Positions 1 through 11,613 are shown, counted from the first letter of the stretch. The stretch is 64,000 nt of DNA from an uncultured Acidobacteriaceae bacterium (GCA_963797415.1 CAWCPB010000003.1:237631-301630); one strand, 5' to 3'. Program-made: numbers and translations. Notes: generated by a model from the sequence alone, not told the origin.

Positions 1-743
1 CTGTAGCCCGGCAGCCATCGCAATCGCTCCCAGGCAGAGCGCAGCCGTGCCTCGCAGGCGTACATTGCGGTTGGGAGCCAGCAGACACGCGAGCAGTATT
101 ACGCTGCCCAGTCCATAGCCGGTCATCAGTGGATGAAGCAGTCCTGCGAACAGCAGCGCGCCACAACAGAGCACCAGTCCACGCCGCCGTTTTCCAGCGT
201 CTTCGCCCATTGCGGCATCCAGCACTCCAACCCATGCGAGCAGAGTGCAGGGCATCGTCAGGCTGCGCGCCGTGAGGTATGGGTCCATCACCACCAGCGC
301 AGTTCCAGCCACCGGCAATGCCAGCCAGACCGCCAGCAGCGCTACCGCTCCGCAACGCTGCTCGCGCTGTGTATAGCACCGGGCCGCAAGCTGCCAGGCG
401 GCAAACAGTGTCATCCAGATACTGAAAACATGCACAATCAGAACCACGGTCGCGACGCCCAGATGCGAACTTCGAGCCAGGCCAGCCACCATCGGAGCGA
501 ACAGCGAGAAACGCAGGTGCTCCAGCACAAATCCTGAGTCGTGCGGATACAAAGAAGGATCGAGCACCCTTTTGATCCCCTCCATGTATACTCCGCCATC
601 TTCCGCGTAGGGATGGTAGCCATGAGTCGCAATGGCGAAGACCGTCAGCCCAGCGCAAAAACGGCTCCAAACCCATGGTTCAGGGGAGCGGCGCGAACTG
701 ATGCTGTTTCGTATAGCGCTGCTGACGCAAATGATGTAGCCAA
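1..743 (-). CDS. Polytopic membrane protein, GT-C-like glycosyltransferase candidate (3' end runs off window; start approximate)
   Basis: Manual minus-strand translation (not in ORF track): ...LTVFAIATHGYHPYAEDGGVYMEGIKRVLDPSLYPHDSGFVLEHLRFSLFAP...VVMDPYLTARSLTMP...LLHPLMTGYG. Multiple TM helices with an acidic motif (AEDG) after TM1. Confidence 0.55.
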
Positions 744-974
744 AGATCTTAATCCTCAAGCAAGGAATCAAAGAGATCGATCCGTACCGCCACTCCAGTT
801 TATGACATCATCCTCGGCTTTATGCTTCGGCCCCGATAAAGTCCCGATCAAATTCCTGCATTCCCGTATTCCCCCTCGAGCAACGTATAGTAAAACCTGC
901 CCACGGAGGGGAACGCAGCCTGCATGGATCGTGACAAGAGGAACCGCAACCCGAAGATCGCCGCCTGAACTGTA

Positions 975-2013
975 ATGACCACGACTGCCATCCAGCCCAA
1001 TGCTGCACCGAGCCCCGCACCCGGGCGTAATCTGTGGAAGACCGTTCCCGGCCTGCTTATCAGCGCATTCTTCCTCTGGTACACCTTTCGCAACATCTCC
1101 TTTGCCGAGATCCGCGCTCTGCGTCTCGTCGTACCAATGTGGATCGTCGGCGTCCTGGCCTTTACCACTGCAAGTTACACTCTGCGCTGCGTCCGCTGGA
1201 CCCGCATGATGCGCTCCACCGACGCGCGCTTCGGCGTCTGCGCCCGGGTCCTGATGACCTCGCTCGCCGCGAACAATATCCTGCCCTTCCGCATCGGCGA
1301 CATCATGCGGGTCTTTACCTACGCGCCGGATCTCGGCGCGTCGCCATCGGCGATTCTCAGCACCGTAATTCTGGAAAAGTTACTCGACGTCTTCGTCGTA
1401 GGCCTCATGTTCGTTCTTACCATGGGGAGGGGTTTACCCGACAAGGTTCGCCACGGTGCTGACATGGCGCTCGCCATCTCGACCGTCGGACTGCTGGTCC
1501 TGATGTTCGGTGCGCGTCAGTTGGAGGCTCCCGTGCGAAGCGCTCTTTGCTCGGCTTCCTCAAAATAAGCTTGTACAGAAGCTGGAGCACTGGCTGCTTC
1601 TCGCCATCGACACGCTGCGACAGATGGGCATCGGCGGGAGCCTTCTTCTCCTGATCCAGACCGTAGTCATCTGGACCTGCGAGGCGATGATCTACGTCTC
1701 TGCGGTGCGACTGATCGGTATCGGCGTCGACCGCATAGGGCCCTGGGAAGCCGTCTCCTTCGGCAATCTTTCGTATATGCTGCCCAGCTCTCCAGGTGCT
1801 ATTGGCACCTTTGAATGGGCAGTCAAGACCTCGCTCGTCAGTCACGGAGCGCAAGCCTCGCAGGCCGCTCTATTTGCGCTCGCGCTGCACGCGTGGCTGC
1901 TCATCTCAGTCACCGGCGTCGGCGGAATCATCTTCCTCATACACCGCGCCAGGATTCATAACCATACCCCGCTGCTTGAAGAGATCGAGACCCTGCCCAC
2001 CAAACTGCCATAA
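975..2013 (+). CDS. Lysylphosphatidylglycerol synthase TM / flippase-like (UPF0104) membrane protein, one frameshift near 1540
   Basis: ORFs 975..1568 and 1510..2013 join. Motifs RCVRW, ANNILPFRIGDIMR, ILEKLLD, LPSSPGAIGTFE. Confidence 0.85.
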
Positions 2014-2077
2014 GCGTCTCTGTCGCGTAAACTGGTACCAGATCAAAACTCCTGTCACTTCGCGGTGAACTACAAGC

Positions 2078-4098
2078 ATGTATCGCACAATTCAGCAGTC
2101 CCTTCTGGCCCGCATTCAGGCCATCCTACTTACCAAATACGACATCACGCTCACGCAGTTAGCGGTCGAGCAGCCACCCAGCATCGCCCTCGGCGAACTC
2201 GCGTTACCGGTGGCGTTCGAGCTGGCCAAGCGCCTCCGCAAAGCCCCCCGCATCATCGCAACGGAACTCGCTGCAGAACTCACCGCGATACTCCCCGAGC
2301 TCGAAGGCGTCGCCTCAGTTGAAGTCGCCGGCGCCGGTTACCTCAACATCCGCCTCGACCGCGCCGCCACCGTGCGCCGTATTGCCGCAGACCTCCACGC
2401 CGACATCGGCGGCCCCGGCTTCTGCCTCATCGAGCACACCAGCATCAACCCCAACAAGGCCGCACACATCGGCCACCTGCGCAACGCCATCCTGGGCGAT
2501 ACCTTCCAGCGTCTCCTGCGCCGAGACAGCTACAAGACCGGCGTCCAGGTCGGCGTCCAGAACTACATCGACAACACCGGCGTGCAGGTCGCCGACGTCG
2601 TCGTCGGCCTCGTTCATCTCGAAGGCAAGACCCTCGCGACTACCCGCGAACTCCTCGCTGACCTCGATGCCGATGGCATTCGCATCGACTTCTACTGCTG
2701 GGATCTCTACGCCCGCGTCTCGCAGTGGTACACCGCCGATCCAGACCAACTCGCCGCCCGCAAGCAGCTGCGCCTCGAAACCCTCCACGCGCTTGAGACC
2801 GGCGGCAACGACACTGCCGCCATCGCCGACCTCATCTCCACCGCCGTCCTGCACCGTCACCTTGAGACGATGCAGCGCCTCGGCATCGAGTACGACTTCC
2901 TCCCCCGCGAGAGCGAGATTCTATCGCTGCACTTCTGGGACGCAGCCCGCACCCTCATGATCGAAAAAGGCGTGCTCTACGAAGAGACCGCCGGCAAGAA
3001 CAAAGGCTGCTGGGTCATGCGCCGAGCCGGTTCGGAAGCTGAACAGGGAAGCGACATCCCCGACGAAGACGCCAAGGTCATCGTCCGCTCCAACGGCACC
3101 GTCACCTACGTCGGCAAGGACATCGCCTACCACCTCTGGAAGTTCGGCCTGCTTGCCCGGCAAAGACTTCGGCTACGTCCGCTTCCACGAGTACCCCGAC
3201 CGCACCTGCTGGATCTCGACCTCAGGCTCCAGCGAGCACGATCATCCCGTCTTCGGCAAAGCCGACGCCATCGTCAACGTCATCGACTCACGCCAGAACG
3301 ATCCGCAGACCCAAGTCATCCAGGCTCTGCGTGGCATGGGCTTCACCGCAGCCGCCGATCACTACACCCACTTCAGCTACGAGATGGTCGCGCTCACCCC
3401 ACGCTGCGCCATCGAACTCGGCTACACCATCAGCGAGGAAGACCAGAAGAAGTCCTACATCGAGGTCAGCGGCCGCAAGGGCTTCGGCGTCAAGGCCGAC
3501 GATCTGCTCGACCGCCTCATCGCCGCCGCCAAGGCCGAGGTCGACACCCGCCACCCCGAGATCGACGAAGCGGAACGTCTCGCCATCGCCACGCAGATCG
3601 GCAGTCGGAGCCCTCCGCTACTTCATGCTGCGCTTCACCCGCAACACCGTCATCGCCTTCGACTTCAAGGACGCACTCAGCTTCGAGGGCGAGACCGGCC
3701 CTTACGTGCAGTACGCCATCGTTCGCGCCGCCAACATCCTGCGCAAGGGCGGCACCAACGAACTGGAAGTCCTCGCCGCCCTCCAGACAATCACCACGTC
3801 CGACCTCAGCGGCATTCTGGACAGCGAAGAGGGAAGCACTCTCTGGGAGACGTGGCTGCTGGCCTCCCGCCTCACGGCCGTCATCGAGCAGTCCATCGCT
3901 ACGTCCGAGCCAGCGTCACTCGCAAAGTACGCCTTCCAACTCGCGCAGCAGTTCAACAACTTCTACCACCGCCATCACGTCCTGCACGAGACCGATCCCG
4001 CGCGTCGCGCATTTCTGCTTGCCACTGCCGCAGTCGCTCAGCGCGAGCTGATCCGCGCCCTCGGCTATCTCGGCATCGAAGCCCCGCCAGTCATGTAG
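2078..4098 (+). CDS. argS: Arginine--tRNA ligase (two frameshifts near 3155 and 3600)
   Basis: EHTSINPNKAAHIGHLRNAILGD (HIGH), VRSNGTVTYVGKDIAYH, VSGRKG, ALSFEGETGPYVQYAIVRA, C-terminal LGIEAPPVM. Three overlapping ORFs join. Confidence 0.95.
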
Positions 4099-4159
4099 CT
4101 GTGCGACGATAGCCGCGTGCCAGCGTGGGATAAAGCTATAGAGCGGATTGCAATCGATC

Positions 4160-5734
4160 CTAAGATTGTTGCGAAAGATCTGCGCCCTCAGATGCCGAAT
4201 AACTCCGCACCCACTCGACGATCGAACGCACGGCGATGCCGGTCGGTCCTTTGGCCAGCCACGGCTTGCGTTCGTCGTTCCAGGCACAGCCGGCTATATC
4301 CAGATGCACCCACGGAGTTTCATCGGCAAACTCCTTGAGAAACATCGCAGCCGAGATCGCCCCACCCCAGCGGTTCGCGCCCGTATTCATCATGTCCGCA
4401 ATCTGGCTGTTGATGTGTTCGCGATAATCATCCGTACACGGCAGCCGCCAGAACTTCTCCCCCGCAACCGTTGCGACGTCGTGGAACTTCTGCCAGGTCG
4501 CTTCATCGTTCGAGAACACTCCGGCATTCAGTATCCCCAGCGCGACCACGCATGCCCCGGTCAGCGTTGCAGCGTCGATCAGATGAGTGCAGCCCAGCGT
4601 CTTCGCGTAGTGCAGACCGTCGGCCAGCACCAGACGGCCCTCCGCGTCCGTGTTGACGACCTCAATCGTCTTGCCCGACATGGCAGTCACCACGTCGCCC
4701 GGCTTGAATGCCTTGCCATCCGGCATGTTCTCCGCCGAGCAGACCACGCCGATCACCTTCACGTCCGGCTTCAACTGTGCGATCGCCCGCATCGCCCCGA
4801 TCATTGCCGCGGCTCCAGCCATGTCGTACTTCATCTTCTCCATGCCGTCCGCCGGCTTGATCGAGATGCCGCCCGTATCGAAAGTAATTCCTTTTCCCAC
4901 CAGGCCGAGTACCGGCCCATCGTTCCCTTTCCTGTTCTGGGGCTCATAAGTCATCACGATCAGCGCAGGAGGCTCCACTGAACCCTGCGCCACCGCCCAG
5001 AAGGCGCCCATCTTCAGTTCATGCAGCTTCTTGGTCGAATAGACCTCGCACTTCAACCCCACCTCCGCGCACATCGCCGCAGCCCGTTGCCCCAATACAG
5101 TCGGCGTCAGCACATTCCCTGGCTCATTCACCAGAGAACGGGTAAAGTTCTGTGCTTCGGCTACGATCAGACCTTCTTCGAAGCCCTGCTGCAACTCCAT
5201 CCGGGTGGTCTTCTCCGCCTCTTTCGCAATCACCGTCAGGGTCTGTACCGACTGGTCCTTGCGATCGCTCTTATAAGTGTCGTAGTCCATCTCGGCCAAC
5301 TCCGCGCCTTCGACCAGAGCCCGCGCCGTCCACACGCAGGGCAGGTTATCCAGGTGCTCGTCGGAGAGTGCATGATCCTCGGGAAATGCGATCGCCATCT
5401 CCCGCACTCCGCGAGGCTTCGCCGCCCGCACCGCGGCACCGGCGCCCTTGCGAATCTCATCGACGGAGAGCGTCTTCGCCTTGCCAAGTCCCACGATCAG
5501 CAGCCGTTCTGCCTTCAGCCCGTTGGGAGTGTGCAACAGCAGTGTCTCACCGGGGGTCGCCTTGAACTCACCTGACGCCAGCACCTTCGCCGCGGCGTCC
5601 GTCACGGCATCGGAGGTCGTCAACAGCGCCAGCATCGGATCGGCGTTTTTCGCAGTGGCAATATCTACCGCAAATATCGCGAGCATTGGGGTAGCAAAGT
5701 TCGCTGCATCCTGGAATAGGAGGTTGGTCGTCAT
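4160..5734 (-). CDS. pepA: Leucyl aminopeptidase (M17)
   Basis: VGKGITFDTGGISIKP, MKYDMAG, NTDAEGRLVLAD, WVHLDIAG motifs. Confidence 0.95.
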   Translation of the reverse strand: MTTNLLFQDAANFATPMLAIFAVDIATAKNADPMLALLTTSDAVTDAAAKVLASGEFKATPGETLLLHTPNGLKAERLLIVGLGKAKTLSVDEIRKGAGAAVRAAKPRGVREMAIAFPEDHALSDEHLDNLPCVWTARALVEGAELAEMDYDTYKSDRKDQSVQTLTVIAKEAEKTTRMELQQGFEEGLIVAEAQNFTRSLVNEPGNVLTPTVLGQRAAAMCAEVGLKCEVYSTKKLHELKMGAFWAVAQGSVEPPALIVMTYEPQNRKGNDGPVLGLVGKGITFDTGGISIKPADGMEKMKYDMAGAAAMIGAMRAIAQLKPDVKVIGVVCSAENMPDGKAFKPGDVVTAMSGKTIEVVNTDAEGRLVLADGLHYAKTLGCTHLIDAATLTGACVVALGILNAGVFSNDEATWQKFHDVATVAGEKFWRLPCTDDYREHINSQIADMMNTGANRWGGAISAAMFLKEFADETPWVHLDIAGCAWNDERKPWLAKGPTGIAVRSIVEWVRSYSASEGADLSQQS

Positions 5735-5884
5735 AGGGTTATCGTAACGCGACTTCGCCACGCTGCTCTAGCGGCAACGGAAGATAGCTGTTACCCCAAA
5801 AGTGTCAGAACGGTTTTCCTATCGAATCAAGTCTAAGAAAGGAGAAAGGAGAACTGCCCAACCGTTACCAGTAACGTAGCTTTC

Positions 5885-6424
5885 TTACCGCCGCTGGCTT
5901 CGAGCGACCGCCGCCTTGGCTTCCTTATCGGCCTCACGCTTACGTTCCGTCTCCCGCTTGTCCCAGTCCTGCTTGCCCTTCGCCAGCGCGAGCTCGCACT
6001 TGACCCGGCCATTGCGAAAATAGAGCCGGGTCGGGATCAGCGTAAATCCCTTCTGCTTGGTCATACCCTCGAGCCGGCGCACCTCGGTCTTGTGCAGCAG
6101 CAGCTTCCGGGTCCGCAACGAGTCGTGATTCATCGCATTTCCATGAGAGAACGGTCCGATATGAGCATTCAGCAGAAAACACTCTCCGTCCTTCAGCAGG
6201 CCGTACGCGTCCTTCAGGTTGGCCTTGCCCTCCCGGATGGACTTCACCTCGGTTCCGCGCAGCGCCACCCCCGCCTCGAACCTGTCGGTCAGGAAGTAGT
6301 TGAAGCTCGCCGACCGGTTGAACGCGGCATCCCGCTGCCCGGCCGCCACCGGGTCCCGGTCCTTTTGCTTCGCCACGGCCTTCGGCTGCTGGGCTATGGT
6401 CGGATTGGAGAGCGAACGGGGCAT
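5885..6424 (-). CDS. smpB: SsrA-binding protein SmpB
   Basis: FEAGVALRGTEVKSIREGK, RTRKLLLHK, LAKGKQDWDKRE motifs. Confidence 0.95.
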   Translation of the reverse strand: MPRSLSNPTIAQQPKAVAKQKDRDPVAAGQRDAAFNRSASFNYFLTDRFEAGVALRGTEVKSIREGKANLKDAYGLLKDGECFLLNAHIGPFSHGNAMNHDSLRTRKLLLHKTEVRRLEGMTKQKGFTLIPTRLYFRNGRVKCELALAKGKQDWDKRETERKREADKEAKAAVARSQRR

Positions 6425-6835
6425 GGAACCTCTTACTTTAACATGCCTGCAACGCTGCAATCGGATCATCACCACTCACGCACTGTGCTCTCGCACGTCT
6501 AACCACAAGTCCCTAACTCAGCGGCAACAACATCTAATCGCATTAGAATTTAGTGAAAGCAATAAAAACTCGAGACGCAAAACCGGCCAGTTCGATCATC
6601 TCAGGGACCCTGCTAGGGTACGATGCTCCTCAAAAAGTGCCGCAGACGACTCAACAAACGCACCCCCACTTTTCGAGGTCGTACGTGCACCGAATGTTAT
6701 ACTCACCCGAGCGCAGCAGACTGTTCGCAACCACCGCGCGGCAGCGTCCTGACCCTCTTTGGCATGACCGGGGAAGGTGGGTGCTCCGGCAGACGCCGCA
6801 CACTCCAAGCTTTAAAGGGCGCAAACGAAAGCAGC

Positions 6836-9313
6836 ATGGGTCGCGGAAAGACAGACAGCCATCATCGATCGACGAACGTAAGCCGGGCGCTCGCGCTCCT
6901 GCCCCTGCTTCTCTTCCTCTTCGCCCTTGCCAGCCCCACTGCATCCGCGCAATCCGCCGGCACCTGGGACAAACGCGGCCAGCTCGCGGAGTCTCACGAC
7001 GACTACGACGCGGCATACGAGGATTATCGTCAGGCCCATCTCGCGAAGCCGAATGATTTGCGCTACAAGTCCCACTTCGAGCTGATCAAGTACAAGGCCA
7101 GCGTAGCCCATGTCGATCGCGGCCGCGTGCTGAAGGCCAGCGGCGATCCCGCTGGCGCGCTTAAAGAGTTCGCTCTTGCCCTCCAATACGATCCGTCTAA
7201 TCAGACCGCTCAACAGGAGATCGATCTCCTCCAGCCGGCTGCGGCGCCACCGCCGCCCTCTGCCGCCCAACAGCAGCGGACGGACGAAGACAACCAGATA
7301 CTCGCCAGGATCAGCTCCGTCTCCAGCCCGGTCGAGTTGCAGCCCGTCTCGAACGACCCCATCACCATTCACACGGTGGAGGATGTTAAGGCCATCTATC
7401 AGGCTATCGGCAAACTCGCCGGCCTCAACGTCCTCTTTGACCCCGACTACACCTCCAAGCGCATCCCCGTCGATCTCACCAACGTCAGCCTCGCGGACGC
7501 CCTGCGCATCGTCGGCATCACCTCCGGGACGTTTTACAAGCCCGTCACTCCAAACACGATCTTTGTCGCCCAGAATACCCGCCAGAAGCACACGGACCTC
7601 GACCAGGAGGCCGTCCAGACCTTTTACCTCAGCAACGTCGCACAGCAGAACGATGCAAACGAGATCGTTACCGCTATCCGCAACCTCGTAGACCCCAGCG
7701 TCAGGGTCAACCTGGTTCCCAGCCAGAACGCGATCATTATGCGCGCCACTCCGGATCAGCTGCTACTCGCACAGAAGGTGTTGAACGACCTGGACCGTGC
7801 CCGCCCTGAGGTCGTCGTCGATGTCGCCGTCCTCGAGGTCAATCGCGACAAGATGCGCAACCTCGGCATCACGCTGCCCCAGTCCGTCACGATTACTCCT
7901 CAGGCCAGTCCGACAACGACCACCACCGGCAGCAGTTCCACCACCACCAACGGCACGACCACAACCTCCAACTTCACGCTCAACTCGCTCGCCCACCTCA
8001 ATGCGACCAACTTCGCCGTGTCCATCACCGGTGGTACCGTCAACGCACTGCTTACTGACACCGACACGCGCATCCTGCAGAACCCCCGCATTCGCGCTAC
8101 CGACGGCCAGCGCGCCCAGCTCAAGATTGGCCAGAAAATCCCTATCGCGACCGGGTCCTACAGCTCCGGCGTCTCGACCGGCACCGTCAATCTCGGCGTT
8201 CAGACTCAGTTCACCTTCACCGACGTAGGCGTCACCATCGACATGACCCCCACGGTTCACTACGACCGGGAAGTCAGCCTGAAGATGCACATCATCGTCT
8301 CTGCGCAGCAGGGCTCCGTAACCATCTCCGGCGTCACCGAGCCCATCATCGGTCAGAATGAATCCGATCAGGTGATTCAGCTTAAAGAGGGTGAGCCAAG
8401 CATCCTGGCCGGCCTCATCCAGACCACGGACTCCCATGGCGTCAATGGAACTCCCGGTCTTGGCGAAATCCCCTTCTTCAAGTACTTCTTCAGCAGCCAG
8501 AGCAAAGAGACCCAGAGGAACGAGATCGTCTTCCTTCTGATCCCGCACATCGTACGCGAGTCGGTTCTGACACGCCTGAACACCCGCGCGGTCGATACCG
8601 GCACCGGCCAGTCGATGGAGCTTCGCCGCGATGCCTCAATCGCCGGGGACGCATCCCAGTCCGCGCTGCCCGTAATCGCCCAGCGCCAGGTCGGTACGCC
8701 ATCCACGGCCGCCAACGCCGCCGCCGCCGCGATCGGCCAGATGAGCCAGCAGGCGCAGCCCCCCACTCCAGGACAGGTCGCCGGTGCCTCAAACAGTGCC
8801 GCCACCGCCGCCAACGCCGCGATCGGCCAGATGAACCAGCAGACGCAGCTCCCCACTCCGGCACAGCCCGCCGTCCAGACGCCCGCCGGGGCTGCTGGCG
8901 GGCCTGTCAACCTCAGCGTGGTTCCGGCTAGCTCCAATCAGACCGTGGGCAGCACCTTCCAGGTCGCTGTCATGCTCACGAATGCCCACGACGTCTACTC
9001 CGTGCCGCTGCAGTTACAGTTCAACCCTGCCGTCCTGCAGCTCGTCAACGTCGACGCCGGAGACTTCCTTGCTCGCGACGGCCAACCCGTCTCCATAGCT
9101 CATCGTGACGACGAACACGGCCTCGTCACCATCTCCAGTCAGCGTCCGCCTAACACCGCCGGCATCAGCGGCCAGGGCAGTCTCTGCACCCTTACCTTCA
9201 AGGCCATCGCCGCCGGTGACTCCAACCTCGCGCTCGTCAAAATTGGAGCTCGCAACAGCGCCCAGGCCAACCTTCCGGCTGTCGGTTCGCAGGCCGTGGT
9301 GCATGTGAAGTGA
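6836..9313 (+). CDS. Type II/III secretion secretin (GspD-like) with helical TPR-like N-terminus and C-terminal cohesin-like domain
   Basis: Signal peptide, N-domains (LAGLNVLFDPD, TFYLSN), secretin core (ILQNPRIRATDGQRAQLKIGQKIP, PGLGEIPFFKYFFS), and C-terminal VGSTFQVAV...LQFNPAVLQL...SGQGSLCTLTFKA cohesin-type beta sandwich. Confidence 0.9.
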   Translation: MGRGKTDSHHRSTNVSRALALLPLLLFLFALASPTASAQSAGTWDKRGQLAESHDDYDAAYEDYRQAHLAKPNDLRYKSHFELIKYKASVAHVDRGRVLKASGDPAGALKEFALALQYDPSNQTAQQEIDLLQPAAAPPPPSAAQQQRTDEDNQILARISSVSSPVELQPVSNDPITIHTVEDVKAIYQAIGKLAGLNVLFDPDYTSKRIPVDLTNVSLADALRIVGITSGTFYKPVTPNTIFVAQNTRQKHTDLDQEAVQTFYLSNVAQQNDANEIVTAIRNLVDPSVRVNLVPSQNAIIMRATPDQLLLAQKVLNDLDRARPEVVVDVAVLEVNRDKMRNLGITLPQSVTITPQASPTTTTTGSSSTTTNGTTTTSNFTLNSLAHLNATNFAVSITGGTVNALLTDTDTRILQNPRIRATDGQRAQLKIGQKIPIATGSYSSGVSTGTVNLGVQTQFTFTDVGVTIDMTPTVHYDREVSLKMHIIVSAQQGSVTISGVTEPIIGQNESDQVIQLKEGEPSILAGLIQTTDSHGVNGTPGLGEIPFFKYFFSSQSKETQRNEIVFLLIPHIVRESVLTRLNTRAVDTGTGQSMELRRDASIAGDASQSALPVIAQRQVGTPSTAANAAAAAIGQMSQQAQPPTPGQVAGASNSAATAANAAIGQMNQQTQLPTPAQPAVQTPAGAAGGPVNLSVVPASSNQTVGSTFQVAVMLTNAHDVYSVPLQLQFNPAVLQLVNVDAGDFLARDGQPVSIAHRDDEHGLVTISSQRPPNTAGISGQGSLCTLTFKAIAAGDSNLALVKIGARNSAQANLPAVGSQAVVHVK
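8707..8860 (+). repeat. Two-copy intragenic repeat in secretin linker (AANAAAAAIGQMSQQAQPPTP / AANAAIGQMNQQTQLPTP)
   Basis: gccgccaacgccgc...gcgatcggccagatga(g/a)ccagcag(g/a)cgcagc(c/t)ccccactcc seen twice. Confidence 0.8.
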
Positions 9314-9808
9314 TCGCCCGGGTCAAACCCGCGGGCAGCCCATCCTGCTAACTCCGAGTCCGGCCTCACCCTCGTCGAACTCATCGTCACCGTTGCCATC
9401 ATCTCGATCCTGGCCATGGCTGCTCTACCGGTGGCCCGTTTCCAGGTCAAACGCGAAAAGGAGCGGGAACTTCGCCGCGACCTCTGGGAGATGCGCGACG
9501 CCATCGACCGCTACAAGGACGCCGCCGATAAAGGTGCCTTTATGACCAAGACGGACAGCATGAACTATCCGCCCGACCTCCAGACCCTCGTCGATGGCGT
9601 CGACGTGGCCGGCGGCACCGGCGGCTCGCACAAGGTCAAGTTCCTGCGCCGCATCCCCAAGGATCCCATGACCGGCAGCACCGAATGGGGTCTCCGTTCC
9701 AACCAGGACGATCCCGACTCCACCTCCTTCGGCGGTCAGAACGTCTTCGACGTCTACACCAAGAGCTACGGCACCGGCCTCGACGGCACAAAGTACTCCA
9801 CATGGTAG
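9310..9808 (+). CDS. Pseudopilin, GspG-like (prepilin N-terminal methylation motif); start probably GTG overlapping secretin stop with an indel
   Basis: In frame upstream of ORF 9416: ESGLTLVELIVTVAIISILAMAALP. C-terminal FLRRIPKDPMTG...VFDVY...DGTKYSTW. Confidence 0.85.
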
Positions 9809-9810
9809 AA

Positions 9811-10228
9811 ATGCATCCATCCCGACGACATGCCGCAAGCTCGACCGAAGCCGGATTCACCCTCCTCGAACTGATGATCGTCATGGTCATCATCGGCATA
9901 CTCGCCGCCATCGCCGTCCCCTCGTTTACCCAGCACGTTCGCAGCGCCAACGAGGCTGTCCTCCGCGAAGACCTCCACACCCTCCGCAACGCCATCGACT
10001 CCTACACCGTCGACAAGCAGAAGGCCCCCCAGACCCTCGACGACCTCGTGCAGGCCGGCTACATCAAGGTCATTCCCAAAGGATCCCATCACCAAACGGA
10101 ACGACACCTGGGTTACCGTCCAGGAAGACACCCTGATGAGCCTCGACCAGACCCAGTCCGGCATCGACGACGTCCACAGCGGCGCCCAGATGACCGCCTC
10201 CGACGGCACCGCCTACTCCACCTGGTAG
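9811..10228 (+). CDS. Pseudopilin, GspG-like (frameshift near 10080)
   Basis: EAGFTLLELMIVMVIIGILAAIAVP. After the shift: IPKDPITKRNDTW...IDDVHSGA...DGTAYSTW*. Confidence 0.85.
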
Positions 10229-10330
10229 CCACGCCCGCCGTTCGCACTGCTCACCAAAAAGGCGCATACTGAGTCATAACCATTGAGCTGTGTCCGTCAG
10301 CAGGGAACCGGCTCTCAGAGGAGAACTCCC

Positions 10331-11584
10331 ATGCGTTCCGCCACGCACCTTGGCTTCGCCACTCTCTTCACCCTCGCCACGACGCTCTCCTTTGCCCAAA
10401 CCAGCGCCCCCGCCAGCGGCCAGACGACCGGACAGCCGGCCCCGGCTCCCGCAAATGCCCCGGCAACCCCTTCCTCCAGCGCCCCTGCCGACACCCCGCC
10501 CGCCAACACAACCAACGCCGACAAGCCGTCCACTGCCGACGAGACCAAGAAGGAAGAAAAGAAAGCAAAAGAAGCAAAAGAAGAGGCGAAGCAGAAGAAG
10601 ACCGACGCTCTCCCCTCTCCCGGTGAGGCGCTCGATCCCCACATCAAGCCGGGCAGCGAAAATGACGTCAACGCCGTAGGCACCCGCAACATCGGCGGAC
10701 GCGGCATGGGCAACTGGTACTCCATCAACTGGGAGATGGGCACCGGCAAGCAGTACTCCATGGAGATCGAGAAGTCCGCCCACCTGGTCACCGACCCCGT
10801 CATCGTCGAATACGTCAATCGCGTTGGCCAGAACATCGTCAAGAACTCCGACTGCAAGGTTCCCTTCACCATCAAGGTCATCGACTCCGACGAGATCAAC
10901 GCCATGGCCCTGCCCGGCGGCTTCTTCTACGTCAACTCCGGCCTCATCCTCGCCGCCGATGAGGAGGCCGAACTGGCCGGCGTCATGGCTCACGAGACCG
11001 CCCACGTCTGCGCTCACCACGCCGCCCGCGAGATGACCCGCATGAACTACATTCAGATCGGCCAGATCCCTTTCATCATCTTCACCCAGGGCAGCTGGAC
11101 TGGTTACGGAATTTATGAGGCGACGCAACTCGCCATCCCCATCAGCTTCCTCCAGTTCTCCCGCCAGTTCGAGGCAGAGGCCGACTGGCTGGGCCTCCAG
11201 TACATGTACAAGGCCGGCTACGACCCCCAGGCCTTCATCCAGTTCTTCGAGAAGATCGACGCCCTAGAAAAGCACAAGCCCGGCACCCTGGCCAAGGTCT
11301 TCGCAGATCATCCCCAGACCCCTGACCGCATCGGCCACTCCGAGGAAGAGATCGCCACCATCATGCCTGCCCGGCCCGACTACGTCGTCACCACCAGCGA
11401 GTTTGACGACATCAAGGGCCGCCTCGCCCGCCTCGAAAACAAGCGCAAGATCAACGACAAGAGCAACGGCAACAAGCCCACCCTGCGCCGCGTCGGAGGC
11501 ACCAACAACGATCCCAACAATCCCAACAATCCCAACAGCACCAACTCCAACGACGGCCCCCCAACCCTCGGCCGCCGCGACTAA
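10331..11584 (+). CDS. M48 family zinc metallopeptidase (BepA/YfgC-like), secreted
   Basis: INAMALPGGFFYVNSGLI, AHETAH (HExxH), FSRQFEAEAD, ADHPQTPDRI. Signal peptide; Asn/Pro-rich tail. Confidence 0.9.
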   Translation: MRSATHLGFATLFTLATTLSFAQTSAPASGQTTGQPAPAPANAPATPSSSAPADTPPANTTNADKPSTADETKKEEKKAKEAKEEAKQKKTDALPSPGEALDPHIKPGSENDVNAVGTRNIGGRGMGNWYSINWEMGTGKQYSMEIEKSAHLVTDPVIVEYVNRVGQNIVKNSDCKVPFTIKVIDSDEINAMALPGGFFYVNSGLILAADEEAELAGVMAHETAHVCAHHAAREMTRMNYIQIGQIPFIIFTQGSWTGYGIYEATQLAIPISFLQFSRQFEAEADWLGLQYMYKAGYDPQAFIQFFEKIDALEKHKPGTLAKVFADHPQTPDRIGHSEEEIATIMPARPDYVVTTSEFDDIKGRLARLENKRKINDKSNGNKPTLRRVGGTNNDPNNPNNPNSTNSNDGPPTLGRRD

Positions 11585-11613
11585 AGCTTTTCACCATGAA
11601 TTCGAATGAAGGC

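Noticed and set aside
4148-4981. Long antisense or alternate-frame ORFs (e.g. 4148..4981, 15083..16054, 17966..19000, 36718..37959, 49552..50988)
   Set aside because: Shadow ORFs produced by high GC3 bias over well-supported genes; Arg/Pro- or Gly/Val/Asp-rich with no motifs.
5760-6800. tmRNA (ssrA) next to smpB
   Set aside because: No GGGG(C/G)TG 5' end or T-arm/CCACCA 3' end was found in the flanking intergenic DNA.
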